In this document: piece after piece, positions 46,329 through 56,500 of the stretch
Layout of the letters: each line of letters starts with the position of its first letter
Numbering within the stretch: position 1 is the first letter of the stretch
Assembly (NCBI GenBank): GCA_964470725.1
Contig: CAYYEB010000001.1
Location: forward strand, 1-56,583
DNA length: 56,583 nt
Direction: 5' to 3'
Source of the DNA: an uncultured Lachnospiraceae bacterium
GTDB taxonomy: Bacteria > Bacillota > Clostridia > Lachnospirales > Lachnospiraceae
Translations under genes and position numbers: made by a program
The notes under the pieces: generated by a model
Database searches by the model: none
What the model saw: the letters and a program-made list of their open reading frames with translations, nothing else
What the model was told of the DNA's origin: nothing

Positions 46329-49300
46329 CTGGCATCGTTTCACAAATGAGACAATTGAATTCGGAGATGCAACCCTTCTGTCCGGTGAAAACGGTGCCGG
46401 AAAATCGACGATCCTTGATGCGATTCAGTTCGTCATCACGTGCTCCAAGGCAAATTTCAACAAGGCGGCACAGGAGAAGGGAAAGCGGACTCTCAATACC
46501 TATATCCGCTGTAAGACCGGTCGGGAGGATCGTCCCTATGAAAGGACCGGTGAAATCAGTGCGCATGTGTGTCTGGAATTTTATGATGAAGCAAAGCGGC
46601 ATCCGTTTCTGATCGGCGTCGTGATGGACAGCGCCTCCGAGGAGAAGGAACCGAATACAGCCTGGTATCTGATGGAAAAAAGGGAGCTTTCGGACGATCT
46701 GTTCTTTCAGGGTAAGATGATTAAGAGCATTTCCAAATTTCGTTCCACAAATCGTGGGATCCGGCAGTTCTGCCCTACAATTCGGGAAGCCAGAAAGATG
46801 ATTCTGAACCGGTTCGGACGTCTCGATGAAAAATTCTTCACATTGATTCCAAAGGCGCTGGCTTTTAAGCCGATTACGGATATCAAGGATTTTGTCTATT
46901 CCTATGTGCTCGATGAAAAAGAAGTCAATATCGATGCACTCCGGGAAAATGTCAGGAGTTATCAGGATCTGCAGCGTACACTGGCGGATGTGAAACAGCG
47001 CATTTCCGAACTCGAAAAAATTCGGGAAAAATACGAACGTGTGGAGTACCATATCCGTCTCGACCGTGATCAGGAATACTATATCGAGCGTGCGCAGCAG
47101 GATATCTACAGGGAGACGGTGAGAGAGTCGGAGGAGGAGCTTCAAAGGGCGACCCTCGAAGTGGACCGCCTGAACCGGATGAAGATCGATCTGGAGAAGC
47201 AGATTCAGGAAAAAAATCATCTGCTTGAAAATCTTCGTGCAGAGCTGGCGGGAAATGAGGAATACCAGGCGCTGCGTGAGCTGGAAAAAGAGCGGGACAC
47301 CATTAAGATTCAGCTGGAAAAGGACACTGCGGAAGTTGCCGGACTGACGGGACACATCAGAAAAGCGCTCAGGCAGACAGATGTGATCCTGAAAGATCTT
47401 TCTTCTAAGAGCACTGCGAATGAGCAGACACAGAAAACAAAGGAATCCAATCTGCAAAAAGAACATGATAAAAGTGCTGACGATTCCGAAGATATGACAA
47501 TCATCAGAGCTTATCATGACGCTCTTGCGGGCATCAACGAGTATGAAAATCTTGCGGATATAAGGCTCATGGCGGATCAGGTGATCGACTGGAAGGAAAA
47601 ACGCCAGCAGGAACTGCGTCATGAGGAATATAAAATCGAATCGAAGCTGGATGAGGAAAAGCGCACGGCTGAGGAACTGAATGTTCAGATCCGTGAACTG
47701 GAAGCGAAGAGGCTTATTTATCCGAAAAATGTTATAAAACTCAAAACAGCGATTGAGTCACAGTTCCGGAAATCAGGAAGAAAGTCGGAAGTTCACATTT
47801 TATGCGAAATGCTGGAAATCACGGATCCAAAATGGCAGAATGCGGTCGAAGGCTATTTGAATACGCAGCGGTTTCATCTGCTGACGGATCCGACGGACTT
47901 TGACCTTGCACTTTCCGTGTATGAACATCTTCGGAAGAAGGAACGTCTGCAGGGCGTGGGACTGATTAACAGCGGAAAGCTGGAGCAGTACGATGACGCA
48001 CCGGAGGGATCTCTTGCGGAGGTTGTAAAGGGAAAAAGTAAATATGCCCGTTATTACATCAACATGGTTCTCGGCAAGGTGCATCGCTGCGTAAGCTACC
48101 AGGAACTGAAGATGTATCCGGTGTCCATTACAAAGGAATGCATGCGCTATCAGAATCATGTGGCAAGCGCCATCAATCCGAAGATCTTTGAAACGCCCTA
48201 TATTGGTGCGGAGGCCTATAAGATACAGCTTGCCAAGAAGAAGCAGGAAGCTGAGGAACTGCAGGCGGAGATCGCAAAGGATAAGCAGAAAATGAAGGAT
48301 CTGGAGCGCCAGCAGAAGCCTCTTGCAAGTACGGAAGATGTCCGGATCCGCTATGAGATGAGAAGTCTTGAGGAACTCAGAACCCACCGGAGTGCACTTG
48401 ATGACTGCGAGGCGGAAATCAAAAATCTGAAGGCTCATTCCGATTTTCTGGAAAAGCAGATGCGGATTGAATCTTTGGGCCGGGAGCAGGACGCGCTTGA
48501 TAAAAAACGTACGGATACGGTGATGCAGATCGGCCACGTACAGGGCGGAAAAGAATCCGTTTCCGTGAAAATCCGTGAAACAAAAGAACTGCTGAAAGCA
48601 CAGGATGCGCATATCGAAGAGCTGAAAGCTGCTATTGGAGAAGAAGCCGAACATGTGGAAACGGAATATTTGCAGCGGCGCGAGCATACGAAGGCAAAGG
48701 ATCTCGAACAGTTCAAACAGAACTTTGAAAATAACCGCAAGGGAAATCTGACCCGAAAGGCCCAGGCCGAGGATGAGATGGCTTCTCTTATGCGAAAATA
48801 CAAGACGGATCACGATTTCGGCGCGGCGGATTCCCTTGCCGGCTATCCTGATTTTGCGGCGGAGTATGATCGTCTGAAAAATTCCAGACTTCTCGAATAC
48901 GAGGAGAAAGTGGATAAGGCGAGGGAGTCCGCGGAGGAGGAGTTCCGGGAGCAGTTCTTGAGCCGTCTTCAGGAAAATATCAAGGCCGCCCAGAAGGAAT
49001 TCCGGGAACTGAACAAGTCTTTGAGCGAGATCCATTTCGGTCACGAAAATTATGAATTCCTGTATCATGCGAGCAGAAGCCAGAAGAAGTACTATGACAT
49101 GATCATGGATGACTTCAACATCATGGAAGGAGAGTCTATTTTTTCGGGTATCTTTGAGCAAAACCACAGGGAAGTGATCGAAGAACTCTTTGAAAAACTC
49201 TCTCTCGATGATGAGGACAGCGCGAAGACGCTGCAGGAATACACCGATTACCGGACATACATGGATTATGATCTGAAGATCACGTCCGATGATGGCAGCT

Positions 49301-49641
49301 ATATGCTCTATTCAAAGGTGAGCCGGGAGAAGAGCGGGGGCGAAACACAGACGCCGTTCTACATCACGATTGCGGCATCCTTTATGCAGATGTACGGGAA
49401 CAGCATCGGCGGAGACAGTGTCGGGATTGTCATGATGGATGAGGCCTTCAACAACATGGATGACGAGCGCATGAGCGGTGTGCTCTCCTTCATGAAACAT
49501 TCCAACCTGCAGCTCATCATAGCGGCGCCGCCGGATAAAATTCAGTACATCGGTCCGGCGATGGATAAGATCCAGCTGATTATGCAGGATGGAAATGCGA
49601 GCTATGCGGAAGACTTTACGGTAGTGAGGAAAGAAGCCTGA
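46288..49641 (+). CDS. jetC: Wadjet SMC-like ATPase JetC
   Basis: LINWH, Walker A GENGAGKST, FN.AA...RTL..Y, long coiled coils with hinge, DYRTY, KSGGE signature, Walker B MMDEAF. Confidence 0.9.
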   Translation: MKPMKRLQKIRLINWHRFTNETIEFGDATLLSGENGAGKSTILDAIQFVITCSKANFNKAAQEKGKRTLNTYIRCKTGREDRPYERTGEISAHVCLEFYDEAKRHPFLIGVVMDSASEEKEPNTAWYLMEKRELSDDLFFQGKMIKSISKFRSTNRGIRQFCPTIREARKMILNRFGRLDEKFFTLIPKALAFKPITDIKDFVYSYVLDEKEVNIDALRENVRSYQDLQRTLADVKQRISELEKIREKYERVEYHIRLDRDQEYYIERAQQDIYRETVRESEEELQRATLEVDRLNRMKIDLEKQIQEKNHLLENLRAELAGNEEYQALRELEKERDTIKIQLEKDTAEVAGLTGHIRKALRQTDVILKDLSSKSTANEQTQKTKESNLQKEHDKSADDSEDMTIIRAYHDALAGINEYENLADIRLMADQVIDWKEKRQQELRHEEYKIESKLDEEKRTAEELNVQIRELEAKRLIYPKNVIKLKTAIESQFRKSGRKSEVHILCEMLEITDPKWQNAVEGYLNTQRFHLLTDPTDFDLALSVYEHLRKKERLQGVGLINSGKLEQYDDAPEGSLAEVVKGKSKYARYYINMVLGKVHRCVSYQELKMYPVSITKECMRYQNHVASAINPKIFETPYIGAEAYKIQLAKKKQEAEELQAEIAKDKQKMKDLERQQKPLASTEDVRIRYEMRSLEELRTHRSALDDCEAEIKNLKAHSDFLEKQMRIESLGREQDALDKKRTDTVMQIGHVQGGKESVSVKIRETKELLKAQDAHIEELKAAIGEEAEHVETEYLQRREHTKAKDLEQFKQNFENNRKGNLTRKAQAEDEMASLMRKYKTDHDFGAADSLAGYPDFAAEYDRLKNSRLLEYEEKVDKARESAEEEFREQFLSRLQENIKAAQKEFRELNKSLSEIHFGHENYEFLYHASRSQKKYYDMIMDDFNIMEGESIFSGIFEQNHREVIEELFEKLSLDDEDSAKTLQEYTDYRTYMDYDLKITSDDGSYMLYSKVSREKSGGETQTPFYITIAASFMQMYGNSIGGDSVGIVMMDEAFNNMDDERMSGVLSFMKHSNLQLIIAAPPDKIQYIGPAMDKIQLIMQDGNASYAEDFTVVRKEA

Positions 49642-49675
49642 GGAAGAATGTCACACTTACATTTGAGAACACAAT

Positions 49676-50953
49676 ATGAATGAAAAACGATATGACAGTA
49701 AAGTAATCAATCTTCTTTTGGATAAGTATGAGCGAAGCGCTGTATATGCCGGAACGGCAGTGCGGAATCAGTCTGTGGCAGTGATGGTGACAAAGAAACT
49801 TTTCCCGGATTATTTTGATCTGACAAGTACCGCATATGAGCATATGAATGCGCAGATGGAGAATCTGTCCTCAAAAGGTCTTGTGACTTTGTGTTGGAAG
49901 GATCAGAAAAAAGACGGCATTTTGCAGAAGATCCAGCTCAATCTGGATCCGGATAGTCTGAAGAGATCTTATGAATTCGTTTCCCGCAAGACCAGAAGGG
50001 AAAAAGAGCAGGAGGCAGAAACTGTTCTAAATGAATATCGGTGTGTTTTTCCGGAATTTGTCCAGTGGGCAAAGACGCGGCTGCAGAATCATGAAAGCGT
50101 GAAGCAGTATATTGATATCGACCATCCGGAACAGCTGAAAAAGGTTCTTTATCTGGCTCAAAAGATCCAGGAGAATAAAGAGGATATTTTCTTAAGACGC
50201 TTTTCCATAGAAGTTTTTCATGACTCAAAGATTGCAGAGCACGAGATCGGAAGCGCTGTGTCGATTCTGACGCATTTTCAAAATGGAAAGAGTGGGGGTT
50301 ATGAGAAAGAGAAGTGCACGGGAAGGGATAACAGTGTAAGTACACAGGAAGATGTCCAAAATGATTTGACATCTCTTACAACGGATGAAGTCCTGGAAGA
50401 ATATAATATATACAGAAATCCTTCCTGGGTGATGCTGAAGGGATGTGGTGCACCGCTTGATCTTCCGATGGGAGTCGGTATTTCGAATGAAGACATCGAT
50501 CAAATCCCATGGAATACTTCAAACATTCCGGACAGAATCCTGACGATCGAAAATCTGACTTCCTTTCATCAGTGGAATCTGAAAAAAGGAGAAAAAGATC
50601 TCGTAATCTATCTTGGAGGTTATGCGAATCGAGCAAGACGTCAGATGCTTCAGAAACTTCATGAAATTTATCCGAATGCGTTGTATGCGCATTTCGGAGA
50701 TATCGATGCAGGAGGGTTTCGAATTTGGAAACATCTGTGCCAGTCTACAGGTCTTTCGATCAGGACTTATCTCATGGATGAGAAAACATATCTGAAATAT
50801 CTTCCTTATGGAAAAGATCTGACCATGCATGATAAAAGAAATCTTATGCAGATGAGTAAGGATCCGTTCTTTGCAGAGCAGAAGGCGCTTTTTGCATTGA
50901 TGCTGAAGAAGGGAAAGAAACTTGAGCAGGAGTGTATATGTGAGTATGTTTAA
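49676..50953 (+). CDS. jetD: Wadjet Toprim nuclease JetD
   Basis: LLDKYERS N-terminus, S.EVFHDSK, TIENLTSF, YLGGY, HFGDIDAGG (DxD), KLEQE. Confidence 0.88.
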   Translation: MNEKRYDSKVINLLLDKYERSAVYAGTAVRNQSVAVMVTKKLFPDYFDLTSTAYEHMNAQMENLSSKGLVTLCWKDQKKDGILQKIQLNLDPDSLKRSYEFVSRKTRREKEQEAETVLNEYRCVFPEFVQWAKTRLQNHESVKQYIDIDHPEQLKKVLYLAQKIQENKEDIFLRRFSIEVFHDSKIAEHEIGSAVSILTHFQNGKSGGYEKEKCTGRDNSVSTQEDVQNDLTSLTTDEVLEEYNIYRNPSWVMLKGCGAPLDLPMGVGISNEDIDQIPWNTSNIPDRILTIENLTSFHQWNLKKGEKDLVIYLGGYANRARRQMLQKLHEIYPNALYAHFGDIDAGGFRIWKHLCQSTGLSIRTYLMDEKTYLKYLPYGKDLTMHDKRNLMQMSKDPFFAEQKALFALMLKKGKKLEQECICEYV

Positions 50954-52001
50954 GCAGTATATAAAATTGCTTGAAAATAAAAACTTTACGAAAGAGAAAG
51001 AACAGATTAATCAGGAAAATCGAATCGGGCTTGACCTGATTATTATATCGACTTTTATTTTCCTTATGATTAATGTCGTGCTGAACGTTGTCATCGGTCA
51101 TAATCTGATCCATCGCGTGACACTATACCTGGAATTACTATACTTTTGCCTTGTTCTGGCCGTTTATTTTCCGATTGTACGAAAGAAAAATGCCAATTTT
51201 ACAATGTGGCTTTACATTCTTGAAATTCCGGTGCTTCTGATTGCGATGTTTGATGCCGTCTATTATGAACCGACAAAGACGACTTTCATTTTCATGATCT
51301 TTTTACTGCTGTTTCCGATGTTTATTCTGGATCGGCCATGGAGAATCTTTCTGCTTATTCTCAGTATGGCCATTCTCTATGCAGTTGTCGCATGTACAGT
51401 TGAGCCTTGGGAAACATATATAATGGATATGGTACATCTGGTTAACGTGTCAGTGCTTGGAATAGGTTCCAGTCTGTTCTTTTCAACTGTCCGCCTCAGG
51501 ATGATTCAATATGCAAATCGAAATGCCGAACTTGCGGAAAGGGATCCGCTGACGGGACTTTATAATCGGTCGGGGGCTGAACACTATGTTGATCCCAAGG
51601 CGCCGGGAATCTTTATTTTTCTGGATCTGGATAAGTTCAAGGGTGTGAATGATGAATTCGGACATGAAGAGGGAGATCATACTTTGCAGGAGACGGCAGC
51701 GGTTCTTCGTGAAAATTTTCGCAGGAGTGACGTAATGATCCGGTTCGGCGGCGATGAGTTTGCCGTATTCGCCCCGGGCGACTGGAGTTATGATGAGGTG
51801 GAGAAGAAGATGAATGACCTTCTGTTAAGCATTCAGAAGATTGTGATGGAGGGCAGCAGGGAAACAATGACGGCAAGTATCGGCTGCGCCTATGCGCCTC
51901 ATGGCACGGACTCTCTTGGAAAGCTGATTCGTGTGTCCGACCGGGCGATGTATGAGGCCAAGAAAAACGGCAAGAATGGGTTTCGAATTGTGACAATCTG
52001 A
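50940..52001 (+). CDS. Membrane-bound diguanylate cyclase (GGDEF)
   Basis: ~6 TM then DPLTGLYNR, DLDKFKGVND.FGH..GD, RRSD I-site, RFGGDEF, SIG, D.AMYEAKKNGKN; start GTG 50940 or ATG 50946 overlaps the jetD end. Confidence 0.92.
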   Translation: MSMFKQYIKLLENKNFTKEKEQINQENRIGLDLIIISTFIFLMINVVLNVVIGHNLIHRVTLYLELLYFCLVLAVYFPIVRKKNANFTMWLYILEIPVLLIAMFDAVYYEPTKTTFIFMIFLLLFPMFILDRPWRIFLLILSMAILYAVVACTVEPWETYIMDMVHLVNVSVLGIGSSLFFSTVRLRMIQYANRNAELAERDPLTGLYNRSGAEHYVDPKAPGIFIFLDLDKFKGVNDEFGHEEGDHTLQETAAVLRENFRRSDVMIRFGGDEFAVFAPGDWSYDEVEKKMNDLLLSIQKIVMEGSRETMTASIGCAYAPHGTDSLGKLIRVSDRAMYEAKKNGKNGFRIVTI

Positions 52002-52039
52002 TAACTGAAGTGTTTGACAAGGGCGAGGAAGAAAAGCTT

Positions 52040-53290
52040 ATGGAAACAGGCAGTTTAGAGGTAAAAGAGAAAGAGCAGACTGCAGAGGAGCGGGAAATTC
52101 AGGTGGCCTTTGGACTCACCGATCCCAAGGGAACATTTTCCAGATGGGTCGGATCGGCGATGGCCTCCATACTTATGAATACGGATAGCCCCATTTGCTT
52201 CCATATCTTATTGGATGACACCGTGAACGGGGACAACCGGAAAAAACTGAACCAGACAGGAAATACGAAAAAGAGCCGGGTCGTTTTTCATGAGATGGAT
52301 TCTTCAAAGTTTGCAATAGAGAATAAATGGCTTGAAATTTATACAATTGGAAGCTTGTATCGGCTGATACTGCCTGAAATATTGCCGGAGCGAAAGAAAA
52401 TCATTTATCTGGATGCGGATGTGATCTTCAATTGCAATATCAGAGAACTCTGGCAGATTGACGTTAGTGAATATTGTATTGCCGGAGTATCGGACGCTGA
52501 CGTAAGAGCGGGCATTGTGAGACCTTCGGTTGTTCTGGAAGGGAGTGTAAAAAAAGAACAGTATTTTAATTCAGGTGTATTAGTGATGAATCTGGAACGG
52601 ATCCGACAGCAGGGAGGGCTCTTAAAACCTGCGGTCAACTTTATGAAGAATCGTCATGAAACGAAACTGCCCGATCAGGATGCTTTGAATGATATTTTTC
52701 GGAATAGCGTGTTACTGCTTGAAGAAAAGTGGAATTGTCCTGTTCGATTAGAAAGTAAGAAGACCAACAAACTTCGTAAGGTAGTTTACCACTTTATGGG
52801 ACAGAAGCATCCTTGCTTTGACAATTTGACAGAGTATGATAAATTGCTTCTGAAAGTCCAGGGGAACTCTCCGTGGGGATATAATGGTATAGAGGCGGAC
52901 CTTATACGTGGAATGAACATGATGTCATTTAAAATAGAACAGCTTCAAAAACTGATTTGTAAATTATCTGCACCGGGAATTAAAAGAATTTATTATGGAT
53001 TGAATACAGATGGAATGAAAAATATCATGAAAATGGTACCGCCGAGAAATGTGGACTATTGCATAGAAAAAGATCCGATCGATGTGGACGGAATGCGCTA
53101 TGGTGTGCCGGTCCGGGATGTGAATGAAGTAAGGCGTGAACAGAAAGGAACATTTGTGGTTTTCGTTCTTCCGGAAGCTGATGGCGGACAGGGAATACAG
53201 AAATTAAATGAAATGGGCTTAAAATATGGGGAAGACTTTTTTGTAGTTCCTGCGCTTTTGAAGGTCAGTCAGGGAGGATATATCGTATAA
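52040..53290 (+). CDS. Glycosyltransferase family 8 with extra C-terminal domain
   Basis: YRL.LPE, IIYLDADV, YFNSGVLVMNL, PDQDALN, WN, YHFMG; start ATG 52040 or GTG 52010. Confidence 0.9.
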   Translation: METGSLEVKEKEQTAEEREIQVAFGLTDPKGTFSRWVGSAMASILMNTDSPICFHILLDDTVNGDNRKKLNQTGNTKKSRVVFHEMDSSKFAIENKWLEIYTIGSLYRLILPEILPERKKIIYLDADVIFNCNIRELWQIDVSEYCIAGVSDADVRAGIVRPSVVLEGSVKKEQYFNSGVLVMNLERIRQQGGLLKPAVNFMKNRHETKLPDQDALNDIFRNSVLLLEEKWNCPVRLESKKTNKLRKVVYHFMGQKHPCFDNLTEYDKLLLKVQGNSPWGYNGIEADLIRGMNMMSFKIEQLQKLICKLSAPGIKRIYYGLNTDGMKNIMKMVPPRNVDYCIEKDPIDVDGMRYGVPVRDVNEVRREQKGTFVVFVLPEADGGQGIQKLNEMGLKYGEDFFVVPALLKVSQGGYIV

Positions 53291-53330
53291 ATTTTATACA
53301 ATTAAAATGTGTAAAAACCCACGAAAAGAA

Positions 53331-53359
53331 TTGACTTGTTTCCCCAAAAGTGCAAGAAT
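53331..53359 (+). promoter_or_regulatory. Putative sigma-A promoter for the riboswitch/adhesin transcript
   Basis: TTGACT-17 bp-AAGAAT with TG extension immediately upstream of the aptamer. Confidence 0.55.
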
Positions 53360-53364
53360 AAAGG

Positions 53365-53437
53365 TAAAACTTAAGGGCAAAACTGTCGAAAGGCAGTGAC
53401 GCAAAACTATAGGGCCTGAAATGGCAGCCAGCTGCAT
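53365..53437 (+). ncRNA. c-di-GMP-I (GEMM) riboswitch aptamer
   Basis: AAGGGCAAA-ACTGTC-GAAA-GGCAGT-GACGCAAA-ACTATAGGGCCTGAAATGGCAGCCAG-CTGCA follows the GEMM consensus (GGCAAA, GNRA-capped P2, GACGCAAA, P3). Confidence 0.9.
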
Positions 53438-53468
53438 TCTATAAAAAGAGTGTGGGCTGGTTTTTTTC
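53428..53468 (+). terminator. Riboswitch expression-platform terminator
   Basis: ccagctgcattct-ataaaa-agagtgtgggctgg-ttttttt; the 5' arm overlaps the 3' end of the aptamer. Confidence 0.8.
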
Positions 53469-53555
53469 TTTGATATACTTTTTGATAAAAAATATAGATT
53501 TTTGATACTGTGACAGAAAAACTGCCGCATATAAATGTTCAGGAGGCCGTTGGTC

Positions 53556-56500
53556 ATGAGCAAAAAAAAGAAAAATATAAATAGAAAAAGGAAGAATTCA
53601 CTGGTGAAGGGGACTCTTGCCGCCGGAGTTGCAATTGGCGGTGTCATCATGGGCGGCCAGGCAAACGCGGTCTATGCGGAAGATGAACTTTCAGAAGGTT
53701 CGGCAGTTGACAGTGCAGTTGCCGATGCGGCCTCAGAGTTGGAAGCACCTGCTTCCGAGTCGAACTCTGAACTTTATATTCCCAGGGAAGACAATCGGCA
53801 GGAAGAGTCACAAACAACATTAGATACAACAGCCGCGACGGAAAGCAAATCACAGACAGCCACTGACACGACAGCGACAACAGACAGTCCATCCGAGACC
53901 ACTTCGGATACGACGGCGACAACGGAAAATTCATCTGAGGCAAGTTCGGATACGACAAATGCTGCAGAAAACTCGTCTGAGGCAACTTCTGATACGACTG
54001 ATGCAGCGGAAAGCGCATCTGAAAATGATTCGGATACGACGGCGGAAAGTGATTCTGAGGAAACGTCGGATACACTTGTAACGGCGGAAAGTACATCTCA
54101 AAACGGCTCAGAGACATCAGAAACGGATCATGCTGCTGCGCAGAATACATCAGAACAGAATGCAGAAAGCGAAAGCGAATCTGAGGAAGGTATACAGGCG
54201 CAGACAGTAAATGTGGCGGATCTTTCTTCGGAAGAAAGTTCCTCTGCGTCTAATGCGGAGAAAATTACCGCAAATCTGTCAGCAAAATTAGTGCGCCCTA
54301 TGGCGAAAGAAAATGATTCAAAGGACGAGACTTCTGATGATGCAAGTTTAAGCGCAAGCGCATCGGTGGCGGACAGTGTAGCATTCTCAAATTATGTAGA
54401 AAGCAGAAAGGCTTCTGACAGTCAGTCTATCGTTGTATCGGAATCTGAGAGCAGAAGTGAACGTTTATCGGAATCTCAAAGTACAGTAGATAGCGAAGTT
54501 GCCTTTGAGACAGGAATGCAGTCAGAAATAGATAATGCGGATGCTGATGAGCTCAATGATATTTTTAAGAATGCAGTCGCTAATGAAAATACGACATCGG
54601 ATTACATACAGAAGATTGAAGACAGAGCAAATGCCATAATAGCAGATGCGGATAATCAAAAACAGGCGGCTCAGAAAAAGGTAAATGATGCAAATGCTGC
54701 ATTACAAAGTGCAAACAAAGGGGTGGAGTCTGCCCAAAATGCAGTGAACACTGCGACAGCAGCTTTAAGCACGGCGCAAACAAATCTGGCGCAGGAACAG
54801 GATAAAATTTCTGACTGCGATGAGGATCATGAGAAAGTTGAAAATGGTGAACTTAGCGAAGCTGATGTAAATAACTTAAAAAATCAGTATGCCGATAGCT
54901 TTCGCGAGATAAGTAGCTATAATGCCGGTACTTATAAGCGGCAGGGATATACAATTGTCACAGTATCTGAAACAGTGTATTTTTGGGGCGTGCCATATCA
55001 AACGCAGGTTTCTTATGCCTATAAGAAAGATGACCTGCTTAAGTCTATTGATTCTGCGAAAGCTGAAGCAACCGACAATGTGAAAACATACAGTACTGCT
55101 GTTGACAAAGCGACAAGTGACAAGAATGCAGCAGAGGATAATCTGGCTGCTGCAAAGAACAAACAGCAGGCTGCACAAACTTCTGTCAATCAGGCAACTG
55201 AAGAAAAAAATAAGGTAGATGATTCAGTAAAAACTGCAACCACCATAAAGGAATGGGCAAATTTTATTGTTTCTCCAACACTCTCGGATGGAAAAAACCA
55301 TACTGGCACTAAGGTAGCGGTTCAGATCAAAGACGGAAAGCCGGTAAGCTCCAATGAACTGGGACTTGACAAAACTGATGATGATGTAACTTCACATGGA
55401 TCGGCAAATTACACTTCGCTGAATACCAAAAAATTAAATGATGTACCGCTTAGTGTTAAGCTAAGATATGTGAAAGTTACATATGTAGATCGTGACAGGA
55501 CGTTTTCTCAGGATACTACACAAAATAATTCTAAAAAGGGAATATCATTATCAGGAAATGCCGTTATTTACGAAATTAATGATAACGACACGATAAGCAA
55601 GAATCCGGTTTCGCCTGAAGATGCAGAAGATGGAAAAAGATATTTTGTTCCTTATTCCTTCAAATATGAGCCTTCTGATGGCTACCATATGGATGGCTAT
55701 ATCTATAAGTATGAAAAAGGAGAGTTTGAATACGATTATACAAGTGATTTCAAATCACAATCCAAGAGCGAATATGAGAGCAAGAGTACAGCAAATTCAA
55801 TCAGCAGATCTGAAAGTGAATCAAATTCGCAGAGTAAAGAACTTTCAGAATGGAGAAGCCAATCCATCTCGGAAAGCGGGTCCAGAAGTACGTCTGATTC
55901 AGTCAGCGTGGTTGAATCAACGTCGAAAAGTACTAGTGAGAGTATTTCCAGATCAGAAAGCCAAAGAGATTCCCGCAGTGAATCTGTAAGCATAAGCGAG
56001 AGTACTTCGACAAGCGGATCGACGTCTGCAAGCGAAAGCACATCCGCAAGTGAGGCAGCATCCACGAGCGAGAGTACCTCAACAAGTGAGTCAAGCTCCG
56101 AAAGCGAAAGTACATCCACGAGCGAGAGTACTTCCACATCAGAGAGCACAAGTACATCGACAAGTGAAAGTACAAGCGCATCTACTTCGGAGAGCACGAG
56201 TGCGTCAGTAAGTGAAAGCACGAGTACTTCAGCATCAGAGAGTACGAGTACATCCGCAAGTGAGTCGGCCTCTACGAGTGAGTCAACGTCGACAAGTGAG
56301 AGTACGAGTACGTCTGAAAGTGAGAGCGGAAGTACCTCAGCAAGTGAAAGTGCAAGTACCTCCACATCGGAGAGTACGAGTGCATCTGTAAGGGAAAGTG
56401 CAAGTACTTCAACAAGTGAAAGTACAAGCATATCCACATCGGAAAGCACGAGTGTCTCAGTAAGCGAGAGCACAAGCACTTCTACATCTGAGAGTGCAAG

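Noticed and set aside
46219-49167. Long antisense ORFs (467 and 455 aa) inside jetC
   Set aside because: Shadow frames of a Glu/Lys/Gln-rich coiled-coil gene; Phe/Leu-rich without motifs or SD
44327-49641. Housekeeping MukBEF/Smc-ScpAB or SbcCD
   Set aside because: The downstream Toprim gene and the A-B-C-D order indicate Wadjet; no SbcD phosphoesterase
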